Origin: Lama guanicoe
Taxonomy: Eukaryota
Direction: 5' to 3'
NCBI GenBank assembly: GCA_013239625.1
Contig: MU053379.1
Location: forward strand, 3,987,229-4,051,228
DNA: 64,000 bases
Part shown: piece after piece, positions 21,491 through 32,545 of the stretch
How the letters are laid out: each line of letters opens with the position of its first letter
Numbering within the stretch: the first letter of the stretch is position 1
Position numbers and translations under genes: made by a program
The notes under the pieces: model-generated
The model's input: the letters and a program-made list of their open reading frames with translations, nothing else
Databases searched by the model: none
What the model was told of the DNA's origin: nothing

Positions 21491-23786
21491 ACTGGTAACT
21501 TGATGGTCAAGCTATTCTGACTTCGAGGAGTCCACTGCACTTTCCCTCATTGTACCTGCAGGATTTGGACGTGCAACCCACTCTGCTGTTCCCTGGGAGG
21601 GCTGAGAAGACCCGCACGGGTCACTCAGCATAGAACAGATGAGGATGCTGGGCGCCGAGGGTCCTGGTCACTAGGGAGCACCAGGTGTCAGCTGTGGGGT
21701 TTCTGCACCATCCTCCAGCTCCAGGGTGGGGAGCAGGGAACATGGCACCCTTCCTGGCGAGCCCTGGTCCCTGCGCATCCTGCAGACTGGCTCAGTGTTT
21801 CACCCCCACTTGGCTGGGGTGAATAGGAAGTAACCCCCCCATATAATGAAACTGCCATTCTTGGCCACTGGTTCAAGCGCAGACTTGCCTGCACGCGTCT
21901 CCGCTTCTCCCCGCGACAGGCTGCCCCAAGGGCCCCTTTGGTGATGCCTGCACTTCAAGATCAGGCAACATTTGGAACTGAAGACGTCAAACCCTACAAG
22001 ATTTTTTTTAAAGAGGAAAATGAAGGTGAACGTACACACAGGTAACATTCTGCCAGAAAGTAAGTCCAAACCCTTGGCCGATTCCATCATTGGAAGAAAC
22101 AAGTCAGGGGAGGCTAACAGCAAAACCCATCCCCACAAGGGCCTTTCTGTTCCGTTCCTGACGGCAGCCTCGCGCAGAACCTCCACGGCCGTGGGGGCAA
22201 GTTAATGGTGTCTTTTGTGAAGCCGCTCTGAGAAGGAGGTCCCAGGCTTGGGGCTGGCATCCCATCGTCTGTGTGGGCTGCAAAGCCAGAGACAAACGTG
22301 CACATCTCACCCCAGGCAGAGGGTTCACTTTTCCTTTGATTTGAACAAACAACTCGTCAGGATACTCACAGAAAACACTCATTGAGATTTGATCAAAATA
22401 CGACATAGTTGACTTAATCCCATCACTACAAACGGAGCAGAGCGATATAATCATTTGATAGACAACAGCCTGGATACGTGCCTGAAAACATGGATTATGT
22501 TTATAAATAATAATTATAATAAATAATTATTCAGTTTTACTGTGTGTTAGGGTTTGCTTGCTGTTCGAACATTGCAAACATGATATAAAGCTTAATTTTC
22601 TGCTCGCTACGTACCAGGTTCCCTGACATCCGTGTCATATTTCACCATATGATTTTATGTTACACTTTCCATTTCTCATCATCCAGAATTTGTGCTTCTG
22701 GTTTCTCCTTATCCAAAAATTTTAGCTTTCACTGATTTCTAGCATTCCCTCTACTGTATACGTATGAACAAAATTGTCTTTTTCCTCAATGATGAAAAGA
22801 ACTTTTTTACTCTTTTTCGCAAAAATAACATGCTTACATGGCAAAGCTGAGCTTTTTGTCTATATGTGCAATCTTTTTAAATTTGTGGATTAACAAAAAA
22901 TTGTCTTTATTAGAAGAATCAAACTGTGCTTTCTCATGTCAGTTGAAGTGGTGACCCCAGTGCTTTGCTCTGGGACAGGGAATAACCTTCCGTATGAAAA
23001 ATAACTAAGCCAGTCCACATGGTGGTGAGCTGCAGATCCCTCCACCTCCCTGCTGCACGTGAGTCTGCGCCTCGTAATTACTGAGCGCAACAATCCCGGA
23101 GGGTTTTGTTTGTTTGTTCGTTCGTTTGGTCCTTTCGCAGCCACAGCGGGCTCCGCACATCTCCAGGTGGGCCAGCAAAGTGTGAGACCAAAGCTCCAGG
23201 TCCCGGACCCTCAAGCCCGCGGCCACAGTTAGAGCAGCCTGTTTGGCAGGTGAGACCCTCCCCCTTTCTGGGCACACTGATTGGACCAGGCAGAAGCACG
23301 TGACCCAGGCCGGGCCAATGAGCTGCTTCCGTTTGCAGCCCACGCAGCCCGCGGGGGGAGCGCGGTCTGGAGCCGCAGGTCCGCCTCCCGCCTGCAGGTC
23401 CGCGTGGGCGACGGGCCGCAGGGGTGCTGCGCTCACGAGGGGCGGCGGATCAGAGGCGTATCCGCCCCCCGGGAGGAAGTGTGAGCCGCCCAGGGAGGCG
23501 GGGCAGCAGGGCTGAGGGGCACACGGGACGTCCCGGGCCCCCTTCGGCGCTCGGCGCTGCGGCTCGTCCCAGCCTGGAGTTCGGGCCCGCCTCCTGGTGG
23601 CCAGGCCCTCCTCTCCTTCCCAGAGCTCCCCACTGGCGCTTCTGCTGTTGCTAATCCGAGGAGCCCTGACTACAAATCACAGTATTAATATTTTTTTGAA
23701 ATGCAGAGATTAAAAAAAGGTTGTAAGATTTAAAAATGATTAACAGCTGGCCTGGGATTTGAGGGGTCGATGTTGTGGAAGTAAGA
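21283..23786 (+). repeat. Tandem segmental duplication, copy 1 (2504 bp)
   Basis: Near-identical to 23787-26020; junction ...ggaagtaaga|gagcccagacggacgggg lies in contiguous sequence. Confidence 0.95.
23040..23640. promoter_or_regulatory. CpG-island promoter-like region with NF-Y / E-box / NF-Y module
   Basis: ATTGG 23280-23284, CACGTG 23297-23302, CCAAT 23315-23319, ETS-like cttccg ~23326 and ggaagtg ~23475, GC boxes. Confidence 0.65.
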
Positions 23787-24333
23787 GAGCCCAGACGGAC
23801 GGGGTTCAGGTCTGCTGCTTGCCAGCTAGAACCATCGGCAAGTTGCTTAACTTCCACGAGCTTCAGGTTCACATTCTGCATCTTGGAAATAGTAGCTTCT
23901 ACTTTGTAAAAGTAACTGGTGTGGGAAAAGTGATTGCTAAGGTGTGTGGACTTTATTATGCAGCACATCATGTGTAATTATTGTCATTGTTAACATTGGT
24001 AACTTGATGGTCAAGATATTCTGACTTCAAGGAGTCCACTGCACTTTCCCTCATTGTACCTGCAGGATTTGGACGTGCAACCCACTCTGCTGTTCCCTGG
24101 GAGGGCTGAGAAGACCCGCACGGGTCACTCAGCATAGAACAGATGAGGATGCTGGGCGCCGAGGGTCCTGGTCACTAGGGAGCACCAGGTGTCAGCTGTG
24201 GGGTTAGAGCCCTGGTCGCATCCTGCAGACTGGCTCAGTGTTTCACCCCCACTTGGCTGGGGTGAATAGGAAGTAACCCCCCCATATAATGAAACTGCCA
24301 TTCTTGGCCACTGGTTCAAGCGCAGAGCAGACT

Positions 24334-24430
24334 NNNNNNNNNNNNNNNNNNNNNNNNNNNNNNNNNNNNNNNNNNNNNNNNNNNNNNNNNNNNNNNNNNN
24401 NNNNNNNNNNNNNNNNNNNNNNNNNNNNNN
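24334..24430. other. Assembly gap (97 N)
   Basis: Run of N. Confidence 1.
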
Positions 24431-25272
24431 CAAGTTAATGGTGTCTTTTGTGAAGCCGCTCTGAGAAGGAGGTCCCAGGCTTGGGGCTGGCATCCCATCG
24501 TCTGTGTGGGCTGCAAAGCCAGAGACAAACGTGCACATCTCACCCCAGGCAGAGGGTTCACTTTTCCTTTGATTTGAACAAACAACTCGTCAGGATACTC
24601 ACAGAAAACACTCATTGAGATTTGATCAAAATACGACATAGTTGACTTAATCCCATCACTACAAACGGAGCAGAGCGATATAATCATTTGATAGACAACA
24701 GCCTGGATACGTGCCTGAAAACATGGATTATGTTTATAAATAATAATTATAATAAATAATTATTCAGTTTTACTGTGTGTTAGGGTTTGCTTGCTGTTCG
24801 AACATTGCAAACATGATATAAAGCTTAATTTTCTGCTCGCTATGTACCAGGTTCCCTGACATCCGTGTCATATTTCACCATATGATTTTATGTTACACTT
24901 TCCATTTCTCATCATCCAGAATTTGTGCTTCTGGTTTCTCCTTATCCAAAAATTTTAGCTTTCACTGATTTCTAGCATTCCCTCTACTGTATACGTATGA
25001 ACAAAATTGTCTTTTTCCTCAATGATGAAAAGAACTTTTTTACTCTTTTTCGCAAAAATAACATGCTTACATGGCAAAGCTGAGCTTTTTGTCTATATGT
25101 GCAATCTTTTTAAATTTGTGGATTAACAAAAAATTGTCTTTATTAGAAGAATCAAACTGTGCTTTCTCATGTCAGTTGAAGTGGTGACCCCAGTGCTTTG
25201 CTCTGGGACAGGGAATAACCTTCCGTATGAAAAATAACTAAGCCAGTCCACATGGTGGTGAGCTGCAGATCC

Positions 25273-25874
25273 CTCCACCTCCCTGCTGCACGTGAGTCTG
25301 CGCCTCGTAATTACTGAGCGCAACAATCCCGGAGGGTTTTGTTTGTTTGTTCGTTCGTTTGGTCCTTTCGCAGCCACAGCGGGCTCCGCACATCTCCAGG
25401 TGGGCCAGCAAAGTGTGAGACCAAAGCTCCAGGTCCCGGACCCTCAAGCCTGCGGCCACAGTAAGAGCAGCCTGTTTGGCAGGTGAGACCCTCCCCCTTT
25501 CTGGGCACACTGATTGGACCAGGCAGAAGCACGTGACCCAGGCCGGGCCAATGAGCTGCTTCCGTTTGCAGCCCACGCAGCCCGCGGGGGGGAGCGCGGT
25601 CTGGAGCCGCATGTCCGCCTCCCGCCTGCAGGTGCGCGTGGGCGACGGGCTGCAGGGGTGCTGCGCTCACGAGGGGCGGCGGATCAGAGGCGTATCCGCC
25701 CCCCGGGAGGAAGTGTGAGCCGCCCAGGGAGGCGGGGCAGCAGGGCTGAGGGGCACACGGGACGTCCCGGGCCCCCTTCGGCGCTCGGCGCTGCGGCTCG
25801 TCCCAGCCTGGAGTTCGGGCCCGCCTCCTGGTGGCCAGGCCCTCCTCTCCTTCCCAGAGCTCCCCACTGGCGCT
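25273..25874. promoter_or_regulatory. Duplicated copy of the promoter-like CpG island
   Basis: ATTGG 25513-25517, CACGTG 25530-25535 and CCAAT 25548-25552 are intact. Confidence 0.6.
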
Positions 25875-27009
25875 TCTGCTGTTGCTAATCCGAGGAGCCC
25901 TGACTACAAATCACAGTATTAATATTTTTTTGAAATGCAGAGATTAAAAAAAGGTTGTAAGATTTAAAAATGATTAACAGCTGGCCTGGGATTTGAGGGG
26001 TCGATGTTGTGGAAGTAAGAAGACCGGGAGGGGTTTTCTCTTGACGCATTCGAGCTCCAGTGCAGCCGCACTGACAGCGGCTCTGTGCCACCACCCTGTG
26101 GGGGTGCGTGCCACTCAAAAGATGAGGCATCACAGAAAACTTCTTTTGAAACCGATTATATGTTACCATGTAGAGCATCCAAAAATAGAGACCACTGCCG
26201 CCTTCCGAGTTTGTATATTGTGGTTTTGCAGACGGAGGAGATGGGAGAAGCATCTCCAGGGAACGTGTTCTGCATCTGCCCAGGACCTGGCTGTGGACAA
26301 CCTCACAGAGCAAGGACGCCACGCCGCCCTTGGTGTGAAGGTGCTCGTCGGCCCCGCTCTGTCTCAGTGAAGCAGGGCCTGGCTCTCCCTTACAGATGGA
26401 CACAGCCCTGTAAGGACCAGGGGTGGGTCACGGAGACACAGACTTATTAGAGAAAGAACAGAAACGTTATGAGCTTGGCACTCATCAGAGAATCCTGGAC
26501 TTTGGTCCTAGAGGCAAAGGTAACAGGTTCATAAAAAAGTGATCTTTGAGGCAGCCATCTAAAAAAAACAAAAACAACAAAAAATCAAAAACAAAAAAAA
26601 CAGCTTTTTTTTTCAGTACAAATGTAAATGTTCACTTGCGCGACGCGGCCTTCAAACGCTATTCCAGATGTTTCCACTCCGACACAGAGAGGGCCTCCGC
26701 CACGCAGGACAGCTGCCCCCGGTGCCATCGAAGCGCAGAGCCGGAAGCCTGGGCCGCCCCGGAGGCGGCAGGCCTCGCGGGGCCGTCGGGCTGTGTCCCC
26801 TGGCCGGTCGGCCACACCTGCACACGTCTGTTGGTGAACGTACGTCTCACCAATAAAACAGCTGGCTAATAGAAGGTATTTGAAGGCAATTTAGACTAAA
26901 AGAAAACCAGGGGCCTGATGTGTGTAAACACTATCACGTGGTTCACGTAACAGGAAACTCTTACCTGAAGAACACACTTTTTTATTCTCACAAAATTCTC
27001 GAATTGCTC

Positions 27010-27490
27010 GGATACGCGTGGTCCTAAAGAGCCCTCGGCCGGGCCGCTCCGCCGGCGCGGCTGCTGGGCGCCGGCTCGGCCTGCGAGCGCCCGCTCCGTG
27101 TCGGCGCTCCGCCAGGCAGGCCGCGCGGAGCGCCTCGGGGCCCAGAGGCCCTGCAGCCCCGGGTCGGCGGTTAGATCCGCGTGACGGCGAGCCTGGGGGC
27201 GCAGGGGGCGCGGCGCGGCGCGGCGTTTGCTCTTGGCGCCCCCGGCCCCTCGGCCGCACGGGTGGCGGGGCCGCCTGTGTCTGAGCTGACACTTGTGCCG
27301 TCTTCCTCCTGCTCCGTCTTCATCCGAGTTCCCGGCAGGACGGTGACGGCGCCGCCGCCCAACCGCGCGGAGCGCAGGGCGCGAGGGCAGCGAGTGGAAG
27401 CGTCTGTGTGCAGACCGTCTTCCCGTCTGCGCTCCCCCCGCTCAGCGCCGGCGGCCTCCGGGCGGAGCAGCGTCTGGCTGCTTCTCCACT
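27010..27490. promoter_or_regulatory. CpG island
   Basis: ~480 bp with very high GC and CpG density; strong minus-strand donor cag|gtaaga at 26965/26964 just to its left. Confidence 0.65.
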
Positions 27491-29709
27491 GATGAATTTT
27501 CCAAACGCCGTCAGTGGCCGGCAGTTAAATGTCCGTCCGCGGAATTATAGCAAATGCAACTTGGATCACCGCTGTTTGTTTTCTTTTTCTTTTCCCAAAC
27601 TTGCGTGTTTACCCTTCTTCACCTTGATTCCCTAGAAGAGTCAAACGTCGGGCACTGAGGTCGAGCCCGAGGAGGTGCTGCCCCCATGAGCTTTCTGCTG
27701 GTCGTGCTCAAGGTCAGTGTCTGATATTTCCTTTGTGTGACGCAGCGCCTCTTAATAAAAACACAAAGAAGGGTTTGCCCTGAGCTTTAAGAGGTCCAGG
27801 CAGCTGCAGTGTTCCGTGGAGAGAGTATTATTCTATTTGCATGCGTCTGATGAGAAATAATTGTGACGCTGAGGCTCCCAGCACCTCTGAGATGGAGGGA
27901 GGGGCGCCCCCGCCGGACGACGCAGCGGAAGGCACTTAACGCCATGCTGTCTTGCTCGTACACCCTGCTCTCCAGAAAGATGCTGTAAATTAAATAATGG
28001 GCACAGGTAGCGCCTTGAATTCCAGGAAAATCAAAACGTTGCAGCTTTGGGGTTTGATTTTTTTTTCATCTCACAGTATCTAGTGAATAAAACCAGCTTT
28101 TCCTTTTTTAACTAATAAGCAAGCTTGTCATCTTTGGAGGAGGCAATCTCTGCCATTTGGCGCAGACGAGCGCTGGTCAGGAACTTCAGTAAGTAAGCTG
28201 AGCGTCTGATGGTTACACACGAAAAGGCATTTGACTCCAAACAGTGTGTCGCGCTGCCCAGCAATCCAGCCTCCACTAAATAACCAAAATACACAAATTG
28301 AAATAAAGTGAAATTCTTTTTCCAGAGTTAATGAAAGGTTCCTGTTTGTGAATGTTGGGCTTTGAAGTCCAGCCCTCTCCGACAGCACCAGGAATCCACT
28401 GGTGATTTATGAGTATTTGGACAAGTGGCCACCAGAGCCCTGCCTGGTGGACAGCCGACCTGCCCTACCTATCCGGGGGGCTCCCCACAGCCCGGCCTCC
28501 GGCTCCCTGCCCGCAGTCCCACCCGGCTGGGCCCCTGGTGGGGGCCGAATGGGCAGCGCGGTCTGGCCCGGCCTCCTCCCTCCTCTGGGCCCCCTCGGCT
28601 GCCCCCGCCCTCGCACGCTGCTCCCTCCCTGCCCCTCTGCCGTCACCCCGGACCAGACAAAGCCCACTTTGCCTGCGTGACCAGGGTCAGGGTTGGACTG
28701 GAGAGGCTCTGCCAGACCCTTCCAGGATTTCCCAGGTGGACGGTGGCTCACTCCCAATCCACAGAGTGGCTGGGCTTCCTCCCCGTTTGTAAGCGCGCTG
28801 CCCGTCCGAGGAGAGGACCCGGCCTGGAGCGGTTCAGACTGGCAGAAGCCCTGGGAGCCAGAGGGCCCCACTGAAGCGAGAGCCCCCGGCGGCCTTAGGG
28901 GCTGGAACAGTCACCGTCACACGGGTGGCATCCGAGGCAGGGCCTTGGCGTGGAGGCGAGCTGGGCTCGGAGGTGGCCTGCACTGGAGAGTCCGAGCGCC
29001 CCCCCCGCCCCCTCTGCGGCTCACAGAGCAGAAGCACGAAGCCCACCAACCGCGGTGCGCTTGTCAAGGCCCGTATGTGCCCCTGGGTTGCTTTCTTTCC
29101 TTTTGGTAACTTGCTTGGAGGCCTGCTGGTTCGAAGACCCGTAAACGTGGCCTGGCACTGAGGAGACACGGAACGACCCCCTTTGTCCTAAAGACGACTC
29201 TCCTGTCTTTTCAGCCTCTGTCTGGCTTTCCGTGTGCCCGTGGGGCCTCTGACCTCGGCCAGCTGGCACCCGGGGAACATTTTTGCCCGTCTCCCTTTGG
29301 TGACGAGGCTTCCAGATAGAAAGAACGCCCAACACAAGGCCCGTCGTCCAGGGCCCCGCGGTCCCACTGGAGATAAAAGAATAAGCGTTAAAGAAGTGCG
29401 TGCAAGGCCGCAGAGGCCCCGGAGGAGGGCAGGGGGCTGACCCCTGGTCAGGGCCTTCAGACCCTGGTGTTGTCACTTACTCACTGCATGGCCTTGACAC
29501 AGCTGGCAACTTCAGGAACCTCTGCGCCTCGGCGCATGTCTGGAATGTGGAGCTAACACAGCAGCACCTGGTCTCACAGGTCAGATGTGGAGCCCGGGCT
29601 GTGCCTGGTGCTCTGGGACACACGGGACGCGCAGCCGCAGCCACCTCCACCAGGGCATCCTGCAGTCGTGGAGAAAGGGCTCGCCCCGGGAAGGTGCCGC
29701 GTGGCCGGG

Positions 29710-29819
29710 GGGCCGTGGGCCAGGCAGGCCTGCATAGGGAGGCCTGTCCCCTGGGGACATGCGGATGAGGGCCGTGGGCCAGGCAGGCCTGCATAGGAAG
29801 GCCTGTCCCCCGGGGACAT
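29710..29819. repeat. Local tandem duplication: two 51-bp copies, period 59 bp
   Basis: gggccgtgggccaggcaggcctgcatagg(g/a)aggcctgtcccc(t/c)ggggacat at 29710-29760 and 29769-29819. Confidence 0.95.
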
Positions 29820-32384
29820 ACAGACGAGCAGGCGAGTGACGCGCCCTCGCCTGCCTTCGTGCCCCGGCGTTATATCCAGCTTTCTGTCTTACGGGAACAT
29901 GCCCCTCGCTGAAGGGGAGAAGTGAGCGCACCCCCACGTTTGGTGACATGGTTAAGGCCAGGTGCAGCCCTGCTGCGCACAAGGCCCTGAAGGAGACGGA
30001 GAGACAGAAGAATGCTGCTTGTTTAACTTGAATGGAGGATGAAGGAAAAAGTGATCTGTAAATAGTTCAGAGCCCTGTCATTTGGCTGAAATTCATTTCC
30101 AAATACAACTCTGCCCAGATCCAGCTTGGCGTTCCCCTCGTGCCCTGCGGCCCTCACCCATTCTTCCCCAGACCCACCCAGAGGCGCCAGCACCTTCCCC
30201 AAGGCAGCATGAAGACAGGCCGCACCTTTGTGTGTCCCTGACCGAAAGCACATCCCCCCTTAGAACTGACCGCTGGGCCGCAAGGCCGGGCTTTCGGGTA
30301 CGTGAAGAAAGCAGCTTGTGGCTGACTTGCGAATGTGCTGACTGTAATTCTCTCGACAGAATGAGAGCAAGACACTTGAATCTGAAATTGTTTGGAGCAC
30401 TGGAGCCTGAAATTTGTGTTCCGTGACGCCAAATATCTAGAAAGAAAGAACTTTCCAGAACAAAGGGACGCTTTTTCATTCGTATTAGACAAGGTGAAAC
30501 ATTGCTGGGGATTCCTCGAGACGTGGGTGAAGGAGCAGGAGAGGCGGCCGTGGTCCGAGGTGGACGTTCTGCCAAGGGAGGGCGCATGGAGACGCCGTGC
30601 TGGCCTCTGCTCTTTACCAGATGTTTTGTCTGGCTTTGCTTTCGGTGCAAAGGATGAATTCTTTCAAAACCCTCACTGCTCTCCAAATGAGATGTGCGAA
30701 TGCCTCAAAATCTCTGCTTACTCAGCTGTTTCCGCACAAGGTACCTGGAACGCCTGTCAGAATTTTTCCTCTCGATGCGTCTCTGCTCTCCCTTTTACTG
30801 CCATTTCTGTGGATTGTGCTAAGAGAGAAAGGGGAGGGTGGAGACGCAGAGCAGGGGGTGCCCCCGGGTACCCTGGTGTTTCCACAGGCACCCAAGCCCA
30901 GCTCGATGGAAGGATGGGGTGAACTCTGCGGTGGCGTACTCGGCACTGGAGCATCCAGCACCAAGAGCATCTGCACGCGCAACTTGCCTCCCAAGATCCT
31001 GTTACTTTTCACTGGGACAAAGAGTGGGCCCAGTGTGGCTACAAAGCACAACTTCTCTGCAGAAGAAAAATCTGCAACTGCCCTTATAAAGGGACTTGTC
31101 GAATTTAAGAAGCCTGGAAAAGTGAAAATCTTAGACTGGCGGTTGGAATAGAATCCTGGAATGATTCGCACAGCTGGTCACTGAAGGCATGAGTGTGAGT
31201 GAGTCACCTCGAAAGAGAAACGGAGAGAGAGATGGCGGCCCCAGACTGAGTCGCAAGGGTCTCCAAAGTTCAGAGTTCGAGAAGGTGGTTTATCCTGGTG
31301 TGAGATACAACAATTCAACAATCCCTAAAATGTCCGATACACGTCGCGGCTGTGATGGAGCAGCGGGCGGAGGCGGAGGGTGGGAGGGTGCAGCCAGCGT
31401 GGCGTCAGGCTGCGCGTGCGGAGGGGAGGGGAGAAAAGCGCAATTGCAGGAGCCCTGCCCCTTCCAGGCGTGTTGAGGCTGGTGAAACTCTGCTGTCGGA
31501 GTAAAATGCTCGCCTGCAGGACGCAAACGAGAGCCTCCGGCTGGGTGTCCCTTCCCGAAGCAGAATTCATTTCTAACCGTCTTTACAGCCTCCCTAGAAA
31601 AGGCGCTCAGAGGCTTTGGAGGTGAGCAGCGGACCGTCACGTTCCCGACATCCCAGCAGGTGCATCCTCAGCTGCGCCAGCATGTGACCAAGGGCACGGG
31701 CCGCGGTTCCTTTACCAGGGGACTTCAAACTCTGTGGCCGTGTTTGTCTGCTAAACACCAGATGCCTCTGAGTCACAGTGGCTTTTATTCTGGAACTATG
31801 TACCAAAAAAATTTTTTTTGCACAGATTGGCTGAAAAGCTTCATGATGTCCCGAAGATATTTTTGCCTTCGTGTACTCACAGTTTGAACCCCATCTCTCC
31901 TGAGACATTAGCCTCTCCGTATGGCTGCAGAGAAGCCCGTGCTGGCCTGTTACAGTCACAGTTTGTAGCTCACACCGTCTGCAAGCCTGGACACGTGTGC
32001 TGAGGCTGGTGCTCGCCGTCCCTGTCTGGAGAGATTCCGTGTCATGCTCTCCTGCGGCCAGGGAAGACTACCCTATTGACACACATGCTGGTCTACCTCC
32101 TTCTGACGATTAACTAGCAAAATAAGCCACACACTGTTCCACGTTGGCCTCTGTCCTAACTTGATGTGGAAGGGACGGCCAGCTAGAGGAGGACTCGCTG
32201 CACGACGTCGAGTCAGCCCCCCAACGTGGACCGCCTGTTTGTAAAGGATGAGCCACGTGCATTTGTGTTTCCAAAAGCCAGCTGTGTGTTTCCCCAGTCG
32301 TACCTCCAGCTGCACATCTGGGGAAGGACTTCCTGGAGGCACCGTCCTCCTCATTGGCGCCTCAGCCTGTCTGTCCATCACAGA

Positions 32385-32545
32385 CCGGGTGGAGGCTTAT
32401 TTAGAAATACAGAGCCTTACTGTAACTCAATTAAAAATTAAAAAAAAAATACAGAGCCTCTGGTGTTTCCGATCCAAGACGTCTGGCCCAGAGCCCAGGA
32501 ATGTGGATTTTTAACCGGCTTCACTGGTGCATAGATGCAGCACGA
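32385..32545. mobile_element. MER5-like hAT fragment interrupted by a tiny L1 insertion
   Basis: ttagaaatacag...gcccaggaatgtggatttttaac...ctggtg...gatgcagc resembles MER5A. Confidence 0.45.
32418..32446 (+). mobile_element. 29-bp L1 terminal fragment with a perfect 13-bp TSD
   Basis: aaatacagagcct at 32405-32417 and 32447-32459 flank tactgtaactcaattaaaaattaaaaaaa. Confidence 0.8.

Larger units (their letters stand above)
23787..26020 (+). repeat. Tandem segmental duplication, copy 2 (contains a gap and small deletions)
   Basis: About a dozen substitutions, a ~57-bp and a ~5-bp deletion near 24205-24218, and 97 N in place of ~313 bp relative to copy 1. Confidence 0.95.

Noticed and set aside
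23280..23319. ER-stress element (ERSE)
   Set aside because: Does not fit CCAAT-N9-CCACG in spacing or orientation; better explained as an NF-Y plus E-box arrangement
26560..26613. A-rich tract followed by a T-run as a possible retro-insertion tail
   Set aside because: No identifiable element body or TSD; treated as low-complexity sequence
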